A stretch of DNA of 59,057 nt, the filler included, from Sphacelaria rigidula (lineage: Eukaryota), in assembly GCA_964200075.2 (NCBI GenBank). It is 5 parts of 5 records of this genome, joined end to end, with 100 filler letters (N's around TTAATTAATTAA, not from the genome) between each part and the next. Parts side by side here need not be neighbours in the genome. Positions count along the whole stretch, not along the records: positions 1 to 11,733 come from CAXNAA020004575.1; positions 11,834 to 23,566 come from CAXNAA020004576.1; 3 more parts are not named here. The stretch is one strand, 5' to 3'. Numbering within the stretch: the stretch's first letter is position 1; the number at the start of each line of letters is the position of its first letter. The position numbers and the translations under genes are program-made. The notes below the pieces were generated by a model, which saw only the letters and a program-made list of their open reading frames with translations, had not been told where the DNA came from and did no database searches. Below, in pieces: positions 1 to 12,859 of this stretch.

Positions 1-977
1 CAAATACGCACGCCCCCCCTGCCCTCCCCCCCCCCGACGATCTACAAAACTTACGACTTCATGCAAGGAAAAAGGCTACTTCGCTTCATAGACTGTGTGA
101 TGGTCATGGGCACGCTTCTCTCCCCTTCGTTTGATATGTAGTGACAATGTTTCTTTGTGCAAGTAGTGGTAGTGCATTCATGTCCGGCGTCTTTCGGATG
201 AAGGCGGTAGTGCCTGCCATCGTCAGCGATGGCTCCTTTCACACACGCTGTTGACGGTGGGGTGCGGGTTAACCCTTCGCCCGCGAGGTTAGGCGATCTG
301 TTGACTCGGCATCAGTTACACCTGAAAAAACAAAATGGTGCCGATTCAACAGATCGCCTGCCTTCGCTGTCAAAGGCTTAGCTCCACGGAACAATCAATC
401 TGAAAATCTAAAACTACAACAGTGCAGACCGATTGCAGAAGGTGGATCTCTATCCGCCGTGAAGTGAGATGTAAAATAAAGAACGCGGGTGAGAGAGGAG
501 TGAAACTACAAATAAGGGGGGGGGTCTCGCTTCTCCTTCAGTGTGCATGGCCTTTTGTTGTTGTTATTGTTGTTGTTGTTGTTGTTGTCTTCGAAATTGC
601 AGCGAGTGTTCTCGTGCTTCAGCTCAGTTTTGACGGCTGTGCTTTAAAAGTTCCAAGGGTGTGTTGGGTAAGAAAAATACCCCGGAATTTACTCTCCCGA
701 ATTTTGTGTTGCGGTGGTCCGATCTCCAAACCCTGCCCAACTATTGGGTAAAGTTAGGTACGATCGCATTGCTTTACCTAATATTCAAGGGTTGTGAGTA
801 CGATATCAATACTGTACCAAAGTATTGGGTGCATAGAGTACGATTTTGTCAAAAGTACTCAAATGAAGGCCTACCCAACACACCGTTGGGAATTTGGTGT
901 GGAGAATGACAGCGACGTGAAAAATAATAAAGATGCGAGGATATCGACATATTGTACGAGGTTTCGAGCGTGACGGG

Positions 978-1160
978 ATTTACTCCACACCCTGGATGAC
1001 GACCATAAATTACATGACCAAAAAGTGTACGGCGTACAGCATGGAATCTATTGTCTATTGCAATAGACGCATAGTCTATACTGTACGCAGTGTATTTTTT
1101 ACAGTGTATTCTACTGTCTAGGCTGTGATTTATAGCACTCCACATGGTGTGAAAGAATCA
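978..1160. repeat. Imperfect fold-back hairpin (MITE-like)
   Basis: Perfect 16-bp palindrome gtctattg|caatagac at 1053-1068, with arms extending imperfectly outwards (gcgtacag/ctgtacgc; cacacc/ggtgtg). Confidence 0.55.
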
Positions 1161-1315
1161 ACGATACAAGATAATTTTACACACCCTGGACAATGATGGT
1201 GTATGGTCAACAGTTGCATTAGAGGGAAAAATATACTGCGTAAAGTATGGGCTTCTTACGTCAGCATATGCGGGCATCCGCTGCTTCATTACAGACTTTC
1301 AGTTTTTTTTTTTTT

Positions 1316-1395
1316 TTGGGTACGTCTATCATGTGACCACGGCTGGATCATGATCCCTGGGGGGTCAGTTGAAGTACGACAGTTAATCAAATCAA
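1316..1395 (+). mobile_element. Short dispersed repeat with (AATC)n tail (retroposon 3' end)
   Basis: gggtacgtc..gaccacggctgga..ccctggggggtcagtt..aatcaa. Homologous copies at 7095-7166 (+), 34520-34583 (-, partial) and 56001-56095 (-). Confidence 0.6.
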
Positions 1396-1582
1396 AAATA
1401 ATAATAAAAATTACACACTGCCGATTCGTCGGCGTCGACGATACATAGCTCTCACAGCTTGACTAATGATGACACGGTCACGAGGGCTTGGCTATCTGCA
1501 ACGCACTCGTCAACCCCAAGAAAGGGACCGGAGCCTGCCGATGGAACGGCGAGGGCCCCTTCTATATATATATATACATATA

Positions 1583-2642
1583 TTGTAGTTTTTAGCTGAA
1601 ATGGGGTATTCAGTAAGTTTTTCGTAATCGGCAATTTTTATTAACTCTTCAAGTATGCCACCGCCCATCCCAGAGAACCTTTGATCCCGAAGTCTGCGAA
1701 TCGGGAGTTACCAGACATCCGCTCCACATTCCGGAAAAAAAATCATATCTGCGCTCAATGCTGCACGACTCACGGGCTGAATTGACACGGGGTGTTATTA
1801 AACGTGTTCGGTCCAAAACACATTTTATTTTTCGGCTCTAGCGCAATGAATAGCTGGAGATGAAAACTATGGGTCTGTATAATTGTCCACAAGAGCGATC
1901 GGGTTTGGCTCACCCCCCACCCTGTTAAATGGCCAAACGACAAGCAACAAATAAGCGCCCTCCCCTCCACCCCCACCACCAGTAGGAACGGTGCCCCGTC
2001 TCGAAAGGGGTGCGTGTTCAATGGTCAAACGACAAGCAACGAATGAGTACCCCCCCCCCCCCGTGCTATGCAAAGCTTGGCTGAGCAATTTTCGTAGTTG
2101 CGTACTCTTGTGAATTTCATTTTGTAGTGTTCTTCCTTAGAACTCGAACGTCCTAGTGTCGAAAGATACTGGGAAACGAAGAAGGTCCTGGTCACGACAT
2201 AATCCCCAACCCGGTGTCATCGGGGTAATACGGAGTAAGTACCTCGTTTATCAGGGGGTGTTATCGACCGTCACTGGCCAAAAAAACACAATTTTTCGAC
2301 CCCACCGCAATGAAAAGGTACATATTCACAAGCACGACTCTTTATATTTGTTCACGTTGACAACTATCGGTATTGCTCCAACAGAGCAAAAATACCCAAG
2401 GGTCAGAATCTGGAGCTGGGTAGTCGCAGGACCCCGGAAACCAGTTAGCCCGCATGTCGCTCAATATTGCGTGCAGAGATCTTGTATCGGAATGTGAAGC
2501 GGGTGCCTAGTATCTCCCGATCCCCAAAGTTTGGCATCAGACGTTCACTGAGATGAGCGGTGGCAGGCGAAAAAACTATCAAAAATTGCCAACAACAACA
2601 ACAAAATGGACAAAAATCCCCTCATCCAGCTGGAAACTACTG
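1583..2642. mobile_element. Non-autonomous TIR DNA element (MITE-like), ~190-bp imperfect terminal inverted repeats, TA-flanked
   Basis: 1583-1770 aligns by eye with the reverse complement of 2455-2642. Left flank is (TA)n and right flank is TA. A related arm lies at ~31595-31822. LINE tails are inserted at ~1925-2050. Confidence 0.6.
1981..2050 (+). mobile_element. 5'-truncated LINE (family A) 3' tail
   Basis: ggaacggtgccccgtctcgaaaggggtgcg...gcaacgaatgagtac followed by poly-C; matches the 3' end of the LINE at 20908-23484. Confidence 0.8.
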
Positions 2643-3863
2643 TATACTTTCTCTATTCCCTCAGTGTGCTTGGTTATGCGTATTTCGTCGGTTGGGTGTA
2701 ACAGTTTCCGTGACGATGTAGTAGTCAGGTTTATCTTCAAAATACAACGCAGACGATGCCAGGAAAAAAGCGGGGGGGGGGGGGGGGATATTTATATACA
2801 ACGAATAAGTCAAGGCATACCCAATTTTTTCGCCTCCTCCAAGTTTTTCTTCCTCTAAAAATACAGTAGTTTCAACATTTCCATTTTTCTTCTTACTTTC
2901 TAGCATCAAGATTTAGCAACGGCGAGAACGACGGATTTTTTGTTCGATGTGCTTTTGGTCCTAGAGTGGGGGCAAAGTACGGTCATTTTCGGACAGATTT
3001 TTTTTTTTTGCAGCAGCAGCAGTAGCAGTTCGGCCGCATGGGGCCAAGTCGCAACTGCCAAAAACAAATTATTCAAAGAAGGCAAAAAACGCCAACGAAC
3101 ACAATAACCAGGAGAAGAAATGATCGGACAAGATTAACTCTCATATCACGATGCAGGTAGTGCATCTGGATCATGCCTACTTTTTCGAGTGAACTTGATG
3201 CCGATCCAACAGATGATGACCTACTCTTGCAGTTCAAAGGTTAAGAGCCCGTGCAAACATAACCAAGCAGACTTCCGGAACAGAAGTACATTTCGAGTAA
3301 CTGTCAGAACTCTACTGTGGCGATCCCTGTAAAAGAACGGTACGACGCCACTACAGGACACCTGCTCAACACCCCTGCATCTAACGCTTTACCCTGTGAA
3401 CAGTAAGTACGGTAAGCACACTACTCTGACACCCACAGGCCACCGGGGTTTCCGTGTTCGTCTTGTGGTTGAAGAGTAATTCATCAAAGCTGTCCTGTAC
3501 TCTGAACTAAATTTTGGCTGTCTCAAATCGGCAAGATATACTCGTTCAGCTCTGCTTTTCCATGGATATCACCTTCTCGGCCATGATTCGGCGAGTCTGA
3601 CCGTTCCGGTACCTTGTTTCGGCGCCTACAGTACATTATCGTGGCCAATTTCGACATGGTCAATCCGTTAAGCATGCATGGAGCAGTGGTCGTTAAATGC
3701 CGATGACGACACACCGCCCCACAAGGATCGCTTCGTTCAGCTAGACTCGCCGTGATCAAACTCACTCACAACTTAGCACTAAAGAGAACAAAACACAATA
3801 TCATGTACCTTTATCTGACCGCTTCCGAATAAATACACCGTGTACCATAACACACGAACTTGC

Positions 3864-4030
3864 CTGTAAATCTTACGGCATCGCTCGATTTCTCCAAGAT
3901 CCCTCTCGAGCTGCACGTACCCTTTGAAAAGCTTCTGCTTGGGACACATGCCGATCGCCTGGTGACGAGTAAAAAACAAAACAACGAAAAATCGAGCACA
4001 CGAAGACACTCACACACGCACACAAACTCG

Positions 4031-4106
<76 letters not shown>

Positions 4107-6620
4107 CTGCACATGAAAAACATTTCCGATATCTGCACAGTACTCTGTACTTGCCATCTGATGCGGACGACTTCCGCGGTCACAGGTCAACTAAGCCAAG
4201 CTAGGGTAAAATATAATCATAAATGAAATGGGACCCAGAAACAACTCACACACACGCGATACAAGGGAAATAAATAACAAAACAACAAAACAATAAATAA
4301 AAACAAAAACACAGAATGTACATCCTGTTTCCAATCGTGAACCAACAGGAAAGCAGAACACACCCTACAGACACGACACAGAGAGAGACCAACACAGACT
4401 CGAGTGATGTAGCGATAGCTCCCCCTAGACACACATCAGCCCCAAATCTGTCACGAAGACAGCGATCATTCGGGGCATGACAACTAGTTTCATTCAGACT
4501 GCACCAAGCACCTCCTACGGGCGACATTGGCGGAAACGATCCCAAGAGTAGGAGTTCCCAGCTGCTCCGTGTGCTCGGCTGTTATCATTTTGATTTTCAT
4601 TTTGATTTTTCTTCCTCAAACCAGTCACTTTTCTGGGGGAGGGTGTACTCGTGATCATGCATGCCATGGTCATGACACCATTGACTTCGCATCCCTACAA
4701 AGACGGGACGGCGCACCCCGGGTTTTCGCCCGACCAGGGTCGCACTCAAAGCACCGAGCGCGAAGCGCCGTGGTGTGTTCGGCGAGTCGCATGGAGGGTG
4801 AGCTGCACCCTGACAAGATTGTTCGGCTCGAACCCTACTGATTATATTGCATTTGGATGGCAGCCTACAATTAGTTGCTTTGTTATCTGGTATCGCCACT
4901 TCCAGAGACAGCAGCGGCTTATACACTGCCTAATGGGTGTCTCACCATCTCACTTTTCTGGGGGGGGGGGGAGATATCGCGACAGCACTCACCCGCAAGC
5001 AAACAGGAGCAAAACGAAAACCGCATTACTTTTTTTGCGAGCGACATGAGGAGTAAGCTCCTACTCTGGTATACGATATCACGAAAATTTTGGAACATGA
5101 TTAAATTATACAGCTTCTCGTGCCATCATCACTTATCGGGACGGCACTCGGGGGGGAAGGAGGTGGGATTGCCACGTTCCAAGCACGGCTCCGCAAATCT
5201 CTACACGATGGGGGTCTACAGACACCTCTCTGTTTTCTTGTGTGCCAAAAAAACTCATGACAAACGTAAAAAAGGTAAGGACCTTACTCTATATGAGTGT
5301 ACATGGTCATTTCTTCGTGACAGTGATAATAACACAGCAATGTGGCTCGTTACCTTGTCGAAGATGTGTTGTGTGAGCACGTTCCGAGTAAAAACAAACG
5401 CAAAAGTAAGTTTTTTTTCTCCTTTTTTTTTGCAAAATGCGAATTGTAGCCCTTCGCAGCAGGAACCAACGGCACCTATGAATGATGTTCCTTTTTTCGT
5501 GCCAAGCGATATATTGATAAACAGAACAGAAGAAAAACCAAGGATGACTATCGTGACCTCATCAAGCTCAATAAATGAACGAAAGAGCGCTTTCGGCATC
5601 ACCCGGGACGACTGCTCCTACAGAACAAGACGCACTGCCGTAGGAGATCCACACGCTCGTCACACAGAGAGCATGCGATGTCACCTCTGAACAACTCCGT
5701 GGGAGATCTCTTGACATAATTCCTGGCAAACCAATCAGAGGAGCCCGCAAGTTTGCTGGTGGTGCCGAGTAAATCTACACAAGGCAAGCAGCACACAGGC
5801 TGTTCTGGAACATGATCTAGAACCACATAGTAATGCCGGTACACGTGATTGTTATGTTCGGCTATGCTCCGTTCCGTCCCACGCGTGGAGAAAAAAAAAA
5901 TCTCATTCACCGAAATATGTCAGCGAGGCTCCGACGTTTCGCAAAACGATTCAAAATCCAAGAGGAACATGAAGAATTGTGGCGCTTGTTGCGATAATTC
6001 GTGAAAAGAATAAAAACAAAATTCTCTCGACATGTATCAATTTCCAGTTGGCTTTCCGCAAGCGGCCATTTGCGAAGCCTAGGACCCGAGGGAATCGGAA
6101 AGGTGGGTCAGGCTTATGCTGGTGAGGTGTTGTATAGTGTCCTGAAGATGTGGTGATGATATTATTCCCTGTCTTGGAGTCATGAACGGCGTCAAAGGTA
6201 AAAAAAAAAAAAGGAATATGTTCCGATCTCGGAACATATTCGCACTCTCCATAAGACACGATCCCAAATGTTTGGCAATATGGTTTTCAAGTCGATTTCT
6301 TCATTTTTCTTCGCCATTTTTTTTTTTGGGAGGGGGGGAGATGAATACACGAGAAACTAAAGTAAAATATATTATATATAATATTCAAAAAAAATGAACG
6401 AGTATCGCAAAAAACATCTCGCTCTATTTTCTCGTTAGAACACCAACAGAACTGCACAGCAGAGGACAGCACCAAACATCGCCTTTCCCCTCACCTGACC
6501 CAAGACCTTTCTCGCCGCGTCGAGGTTCTTGTGACGTACTTCAAATTTGGCCAGGAGGAGCCAAATTTTGCCAAACGTGAACGACTTGTGAGGGATCACG
6601 TCCAGGCAAGCGCGATACAC
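3864..6620 (-). CDS. CRNKL1: Crooked-neck (CRN/CLF1/CRNKL1) HAT-repeat spliceosomal protein, two internal exons (partial gene)
   Basis: Exon ~6620-6495 ([42 protein letters not shown], donor gtgagg) joins in phase 0 to exon 3958-3864 ([31 protein letters not shown]). The joined peptide matches the conserved CRN HAT region. No other exons were found on this contig. Confidence 0.9.
4030..4290 (-). mobile_element. Retroposon 3' end with (CAA)n microsatellite tail
   Basis: (GTT)n at 4030-4105 abuts gtctgcacat..cagtactct..gatgcggacg..caagctaggg..ggacccagaaacaa. A homologous copy lies at ~19463-19670. Confidence 0.65.
4645..4947 (-). mobile_element. ~300-bp SINE-like element (family B) with LINE-like 3' tail and 15-bp target-site duplication
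   Basis: Starts TGGTGAGACACCCA and ends GCATGCATGATCACGAGTAC. Flanked by TCACTTTTCTGGGGG at 4625-4639 and 4950-4964. Copies with the same ends at 33212-33524 and 55073-55330. Confidence 0.8.
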
Positions 6621-7094
6621 CTCCCTTCCTCACCGAACGATCAAAATCGGAGCAGAAAAAAACACGACGAAACAAAACGCGCGAGCGTGCCGGGAAGGGG
6701 GAGGGAGGGCGGACGACGACGCCAAAAAAGAAGCAAATGAGTAACAATGAAAAAGCGGGATAAAGTCAACAGGTTTTCGACGTCATCTTCCATTTTTTTT
6801 TTCAGGAAACATATAAAAATCCCAGCGATAAAAAAAGAAATGCTGAGTTGTTGACCCCACGTCACTTCCTACACACTAAGATGCAAGATATTCCGTGTTT
6901 CGGGTGAGGCACCAGGGAAACGTTTTGAGCCTCACTTCCAACAAAAGGTACTTGAAGCGATCCTGCTAAGCTGCACTATTTATCCTTGAAAGCAAACTAG
7001 TGATGACGCCAAATAACTTCGTCTACTATTTCGTTCTGTTCGATTTTTTCTCTGTTCCTTCTTTACTTCAGCGAGTTTTTCAGTTTTACTTTTT

Positions 7095-7282
7095 TGGGGG
7101 TACGTCCATCATACGACCACGGCTGGACCCCTGGGGGGTTCAGTTAAAGTGCGGCAATCAATCAATTGAAATCAACTTCAAAATACCCTACCGTCGCAAT
7201 ACCCCCTCCCCTCCCCATGCTCCGTCTCGAAAGGGATGCATGGTCAATGATCAAACGACTAAGGCAAGCAACAAATGAGTAC
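7095..7282 (+). mobile_element. (AATC)n-tailed repeat followed by a LINE family A 3' tail
   Basis: 7095-7166 matches 1316-1395. 7217-7282 is the ctccgtctcgaaagggatg..gagtac tail, embedded between C-rich tracts. Confidence 0.7.
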
Positions 7283-10200
7283 GCCCCCCCCCTCCTTCCC
7301 CCAAAGGCACGTCGGTACTGCACGAATATCGCGCTTGCTGTGAAGTTAATCGATGACAGGTCACCATAGAGATGGACATATGTCGGACTGTAGTATGTTG
7401 TATGGTGAGGTGCGGTGCGGTATTGCACATAACTGTGACCGATAGGGGGATAAGATACGAGCCTCACTGACTGCACCGTGTTCGAGCGCACAGTCAAGTC
7501 TGATCATACGTTCCTTTCTCCACACTGAGGACTAGCGTGCATACCGCGCTACAGAGTGTTGGTCGTCATTTAATAGTGAGCCCCAGGTTCTCAAGGGTTA
7601 GGTTGCGTCTCATCGAGGTAGTCAAAATCTGTGTGTAAATCAGCATGGTGACAAGTTTGTGCCCATAAGGATCACGTTCAGTCTTACCGAGAACACATTT
7701 TCTGTCCGGATGCGAGCCAAATCTGCGTACAAGTTCGAAAACGCGGCGGTTCTAGCAGTGATCGCTGGTCCATCGTCCTGGGCCGGAACAACAAAGACGG
7801 GAAGCGCACCACCTGCACATCAAGTCCCGAAAACACATACATGCAGACCCCCACTGTTGACGCGCACTGCTCCAACAATGCTACCCCCCGCTCATGTACA
7901 CATACAGCAGTCTTTGTTTGAAAGGAATCTGTTCAGTATTGGACAAAGGGTGGCCGCGTGCGTGTCAATTTCAACCGGAGACGGACCTTTGCTGATCCCT
8001 ATGTGTCGGTGTTTCCGGCGCACGTACTCAAAACTATCATCTCTCTTCGGATTTTGAACCGATTCGGCCAGAGTAATGCACAACGTGCTCAGCGGATCAG
8101 CAGCTATGGGTCGAGCTAAAATAGATGCCTTTTGTTCGCGAGGGTAGTGGAGCTCCCGGTTTCATGTGTTGTATTTGGTTGCATGTCACACCATTTTGGG
8201 TGTGCCCCTGCGATTGTAACGCTCATGATACCCTTCGAGCGAACATATTTTTTTCCAGTTTTCTCAGGGGGTGGTATCACACCGACCAATCACAGAGGAG
8301 AAAAGGCAAACAGATAATCAGAAAACAGACTTTTCTGTCCCGATAGAACAGGCCCTTAATTGAGGGATCTCAAGCTCGAATTTTTCGGTGGATTTCTACA
8401 TGTACCGTGACAAGGTGAAATATACCGTAAAACTCGAGTTCGACATACCTCCATTGTACGACAATCCATGAATCAGTTTGATGGGGTGAGCATAGCGCAC
8501 CGGACAGGGCGCCTACCTTTGGTTCTTGGAAATAGAAATTTGACCCCGCATTTGCATTGCATTCATATTTCCCCCGAAATTATTCATTTTCTTTTTCTAC
8601 TAGTCGAGATTCGGCGCACCTCCCACAGATAGGGGTAACTCAGAGTGAAATAAAATATTTTCGCGCGAAGCGCGATTATGGCCCAGCGTTTGAAAACCGC
8701 CACTCGGCAAAAATCGAGCCCACCCGAAAGCAGCGGAAGAACTATCGCATGGGGGCATGTCCTGTATCACTGTGCTGCAGCACACACTCATGCGCTGTGG
8801 TGTGGTGTCTTCAAGTCTTTTTGAAGACGGTTTGATGTCCGCTGGGACTGACTACCTGAGTTGCTTTATTCTGTCATTGCGTTCGTCTCTTTGAAAAATA
8901 ATGTCGACAGGTCGTGCTCTCTACACACAATTGAAACCTTCACATAGTGTGTTGGTTGTTTCGTGTCGGCGCTTCCAAACCCATTATTTCTATGCTGTAG
9001 TTGTCGCTGTGCTGTTGTGCATCTGAACACTCTACGACGATCACGGTGCGATGTGCGCTGGAGAGCGCCTGAACAGTTGTACTGCTGCATGCCGTGTTTC
9101 GGTCTGCACAGAATTGGGGTGGGATCAAAGTGCTGTCCAATCAATAAGGTTGGAACAATCGCACGTGACGGCTGTGCAGCTGCCTGTTGCGTCTTCTCTG
9201 GTACCTCAGTTATAGTCGGGTGGTGTGATTGAGGAACACACTTTGAGCGGGTGCGTGCAGGTTGGGGCAAAAAAAATGAGCCAGCACGGAGCTGCTGTAT
9301 CCTAGGTAATCGATGGTAGCAGCTGTCTGTGTTGCAGCGGCGCAATGTGTGGACCAATCAAAGCTACTTCTTGACGCGTATTCTACTCTACTCGTTTTTC
9401 TCATCTATTTGAAGAAAGGTCTGCCGCATTTTGATGTATTTAAACTCTGATTGGTCAAAAAACCTTTCCACTCATAATTCTTGCCCTTATCTGTGGGCCC
9501 AGTGCCCAAGATTCACACAAAACGTGTCTGTCAGAAATAGACCTTATTATAGTTGCGTCGTAAGGAAGGTATTAACCGCAGGTGAAATTGTGCGCTAGAA
9601 ATACCCAAATGTATTCTGAGAAAGTAGGTGGAAATGCTGCAAGCGACTACAGCATTATGACGTGCACGGCAACCAAAGACCTTGCTTGCATGTTGGTAAA
9701 GACCAACATAATGGAGTCAGCGGGCCATGATGAAAAAAAAAAACAGAAGCAGCTGCGAGCCCAACTGACACTGCTCATCGTTGCATGTTGAACCCGGTAA
9801 CGGTGGGAGTTGTCCTTGTTCTCCTGGCCATCCCGCCCATTTGCAAATAAAAGAGAGGGAACACGATTGCATGAGAAAAATCTTGCACAGCAGCAGATTG
9901 ACCACGCGGAAATCACCCGGACTGCCGCAGATAAATGCAAAATACGTATCTCACAGCAAAGTTTGCACGACCGCGGCTGCACCTGGCGCCCTTTTGTCAT
10001 GTGTACTGGCGGTCTTGTATCGAACGCGCGCGTGCTGTACTTACAATGATAAGTCAACTAAGAGTAACCTTTGCTGATACTGTGATCTCATAGGTTACGA
10101 AATTTGATGTGCGCAGTAGTGTTTCACATGCGGGTTATCGTATTGCCACAGGCGAGATATAAAATTGCGTTGTTCATCATTCGCGTGTTTGGTGTTGATA

Positions 10201-11733
10201 CAGGAGAGACAATAGTTGCAGCAGCAATCAGCGGCACGGCAACAACATCAACAGCAGCAGCAGCAATACACTCGATGTTGTCTCAGACAGTACACCCAAG
10301 CATCACTCCACACCTATTTGTTCACCTGCGCTGACGGAGTTTGCTATAGCTCCCCGATCGTGCTGAATATGCTCAACGATACAGTAGTCAAAGCACGCGT
10401 CCCTGTACCATGCCGTTCGAAGCCCTGTACGGAATCGCGTCGCTATATTTTTTAGGTATTGCTCCCTGGGTTTGCAAGTCTGCACTCGTTTCGCTCGACT
10501 TCGTTGTTGTCCAAGAAAGGGAGACTATGCAACAATGCCGCTAGCGTATCGTCACAGTTTCCGCCAAATGCTGTATAGGCGGGACTGTCGTGAACTAATG
10601 GGTAGGGGTGACTATTTTTGACTTGATTTTAGTTTGGAAGTGAATACTCATGTATGAAACCGCCTCCTCCTGACTATTCCACATTCACCTGATGATGTGC
10701 CTTCTCAGGGCAAGCACGGATGAGGTGGGAAAAAGCCAAACTCGAGACAAGACGGATCGAATCGAGTGACCTCGCACGCGCAAGAGAGCGGGCGATAGAT
10801 ACTTCCCTTTCCCCTTTTATTCATTGTGGGCAGGAATCTACAGCAAGCTTGGCAAAGGTCGTGTTGGATCCTTGTGTCAAGGTGCGATTTGAAATCCCGA
10901 CAATGTGTTGCACGGACTACTGTGCGAGTAGCTGTCATGTTGCCGTGCTCTGTCCTGTATTGCACTCCAGTGTCTGTGGCTCTGCAAACTTCATCACCGC
11001 GGATTACTGTCTCGTGTCACGCCCTCGTGTTGCAACAGAAAGCGCCGATGTGAAATTTCTGCCTGATATTGCTGCATAAGCCGCAGAATATCGAGAACAG
11101 GTTGCTGTACCGCGTTCCCCTACTCAGTTCTTGTTATAATATGCAGCAGGTGAGTGACGGAGTATAACACCCCCGGCATTGAGATTTCAAGTCTCGATTT
11201 TCTCCTGCGTCGTTGTACCACGTTGTATTGCGGTGAGCAAGGCACCGGAAATTGGACCATTTGGTAAAATGTGATCGATATATTTCCATAAATTGATCTT
11301 CCGGCAAGGCAGGGAACAACCTCTCGGGAAATGGGTAGAGTAACTGCCAATTACCGGGAGGGAGTACTGCACTCGGTAACCGACTGCTCCGTCCAGCTAC
11401 ACAACGTTCGTGATCTGCCAACTTGAGTACTGTACTGTAGAACAGTACACCCGGTACCATACGTACAACAGCGTGTCGTCCACAGCAACTATAGGCCAGC
11501 ACCGATTAACTCTCCCAAGACAAAATATGTCCTGTGTTGTGCCTCGTGTATACAGTACCGTCAGCACCACCCAAGATGCTATTCCCACGTACACGGTACA
11601 TCATCCGATGGCGGTTATCTTGTTCCTGGAACAAGACAGGATGGGTGATTTCATCTTCTCGGTCTACGTACGAGCTGGGCCAGCCTAGAGGCTGCATAAA
11701 CGTTCGCAGGCGGATGCGCCGGCCAATATTTGG

Positions 11734-11833
11734 NNNNNNNNNNNNNNNNNNNNNNNNNNNNNNNNNNNNNNNNNNNNTTAATTAATTAANNNNNNNNNNN
11801 NNNNNNNNNNNNNNNNNNNNNNNNNNNNNNNNN
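11734..11833. other. Artificial contig linker N44-TTAATTAATTAA-N44
   Basis: Exactly 100 bp; the core gives stops in all six frames. Identical linkers occur at three other sites. Confidence 0.98.
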
Positions 11834-11908
11834 CGCATCCCTTTCGAGACGGAGCACCGTTCCTACTCCTAATAGAGACACCTCCAACATTCTGGCGCTC
11901 ATTACGGA
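11834..11908 (-). mobile_element. LINE family A 3' fragment at contig end
   Basis: Encodes [22 protein letters not shown], matching the LINE C-terminus at ~23370-23450. The 5' junction is in a C tract. Confidence 0.8.
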
Positions 11909-12859
11909 GGGAGGGAGGGGGGGGAAAGGGGGGGGGGGGACTCAGAGTGCCGAAAACAGTACACCTAACATGTTGGATGGACATGTTACAGTAGTGATGT
12001 CATCGTGTATAGAACCCAATAAAAACACACACACACGCACACACACATGGCAAGCGACACAAACGTAACTGGGCGGGAAAAAAAAAAAAAAGTAGACACA
12101 CGCGCTTTGAACCCGGACACGTCGGAGATCCAACTGTCGACAGATATGTGACAAAAACAGTCCGCTGGACAAACCAAAGTGAAACAAACGACCCCATCAT
12201 ACAACAACACCACCTCAAAACCCTCGCCACAGCCTAAAAAAACACAGCCCTCAACGCGACCAGGTGGTTGGACGACTGGTCCTCCAACGGCTACTTGAGA
12301 CGGAAGGTCGAGGTTTCAAATATCGACAGATGCCGTCTTTTAAGCAGAAAATATTTCCCGTCGATAAAAACGCGAAAACGTGTGAGTACAGTAGCACAAA
12401 AAAATGGCGCGAGTCCACGCGGTGCGGGAGTGCTGATCCAATCGGTGATGACAACCTGTCAGGCAGGTAGGTAGATAGGTAGGTAGGTATCGAGGGAGAT
12501 ATGGAGGGATCAATCCCCGGAGACTGGAGACTGTGTTCCCGAGGACGGGTAGGGGTTCAAGAACTATAAGAAAGGGACTAAAAAAACATACACACACTTG
12601 ACAAAAACCAAAACACCACACCAGCTTTCAACTGACAGCGACAAAGCCGAGACACAAACGAGCGCCTCTCAACAAAAATCCGTTTCGCCCCACATTCACT
12701 CGCAGGCAGACCTCCTCTTCTCCCCACGCGCCTTAATTGCAACGTGACATAATGCAGCTAGATTGACATCAAACGATACACGCACGTCAAAACGAGAGGC
12801 CCCACTCCCGACATAGTATACATACAACAGAAATTGTTCCGAAAATATCCGCAACGCAC

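Noticed and set aside
7400-11733. Many short ORFs in the region upstream of the CRN exon
   Set aside because: No recognisable motifs or consistent exon chain; probably intronic or decayed repeat DNA.
12251-12560. Candidate further exons (either strand) downstream of the RYDVSSS gene
   Set aside because: Several acceptors and frames are possible and none has recognisable homology; cannot choose without transcripts.
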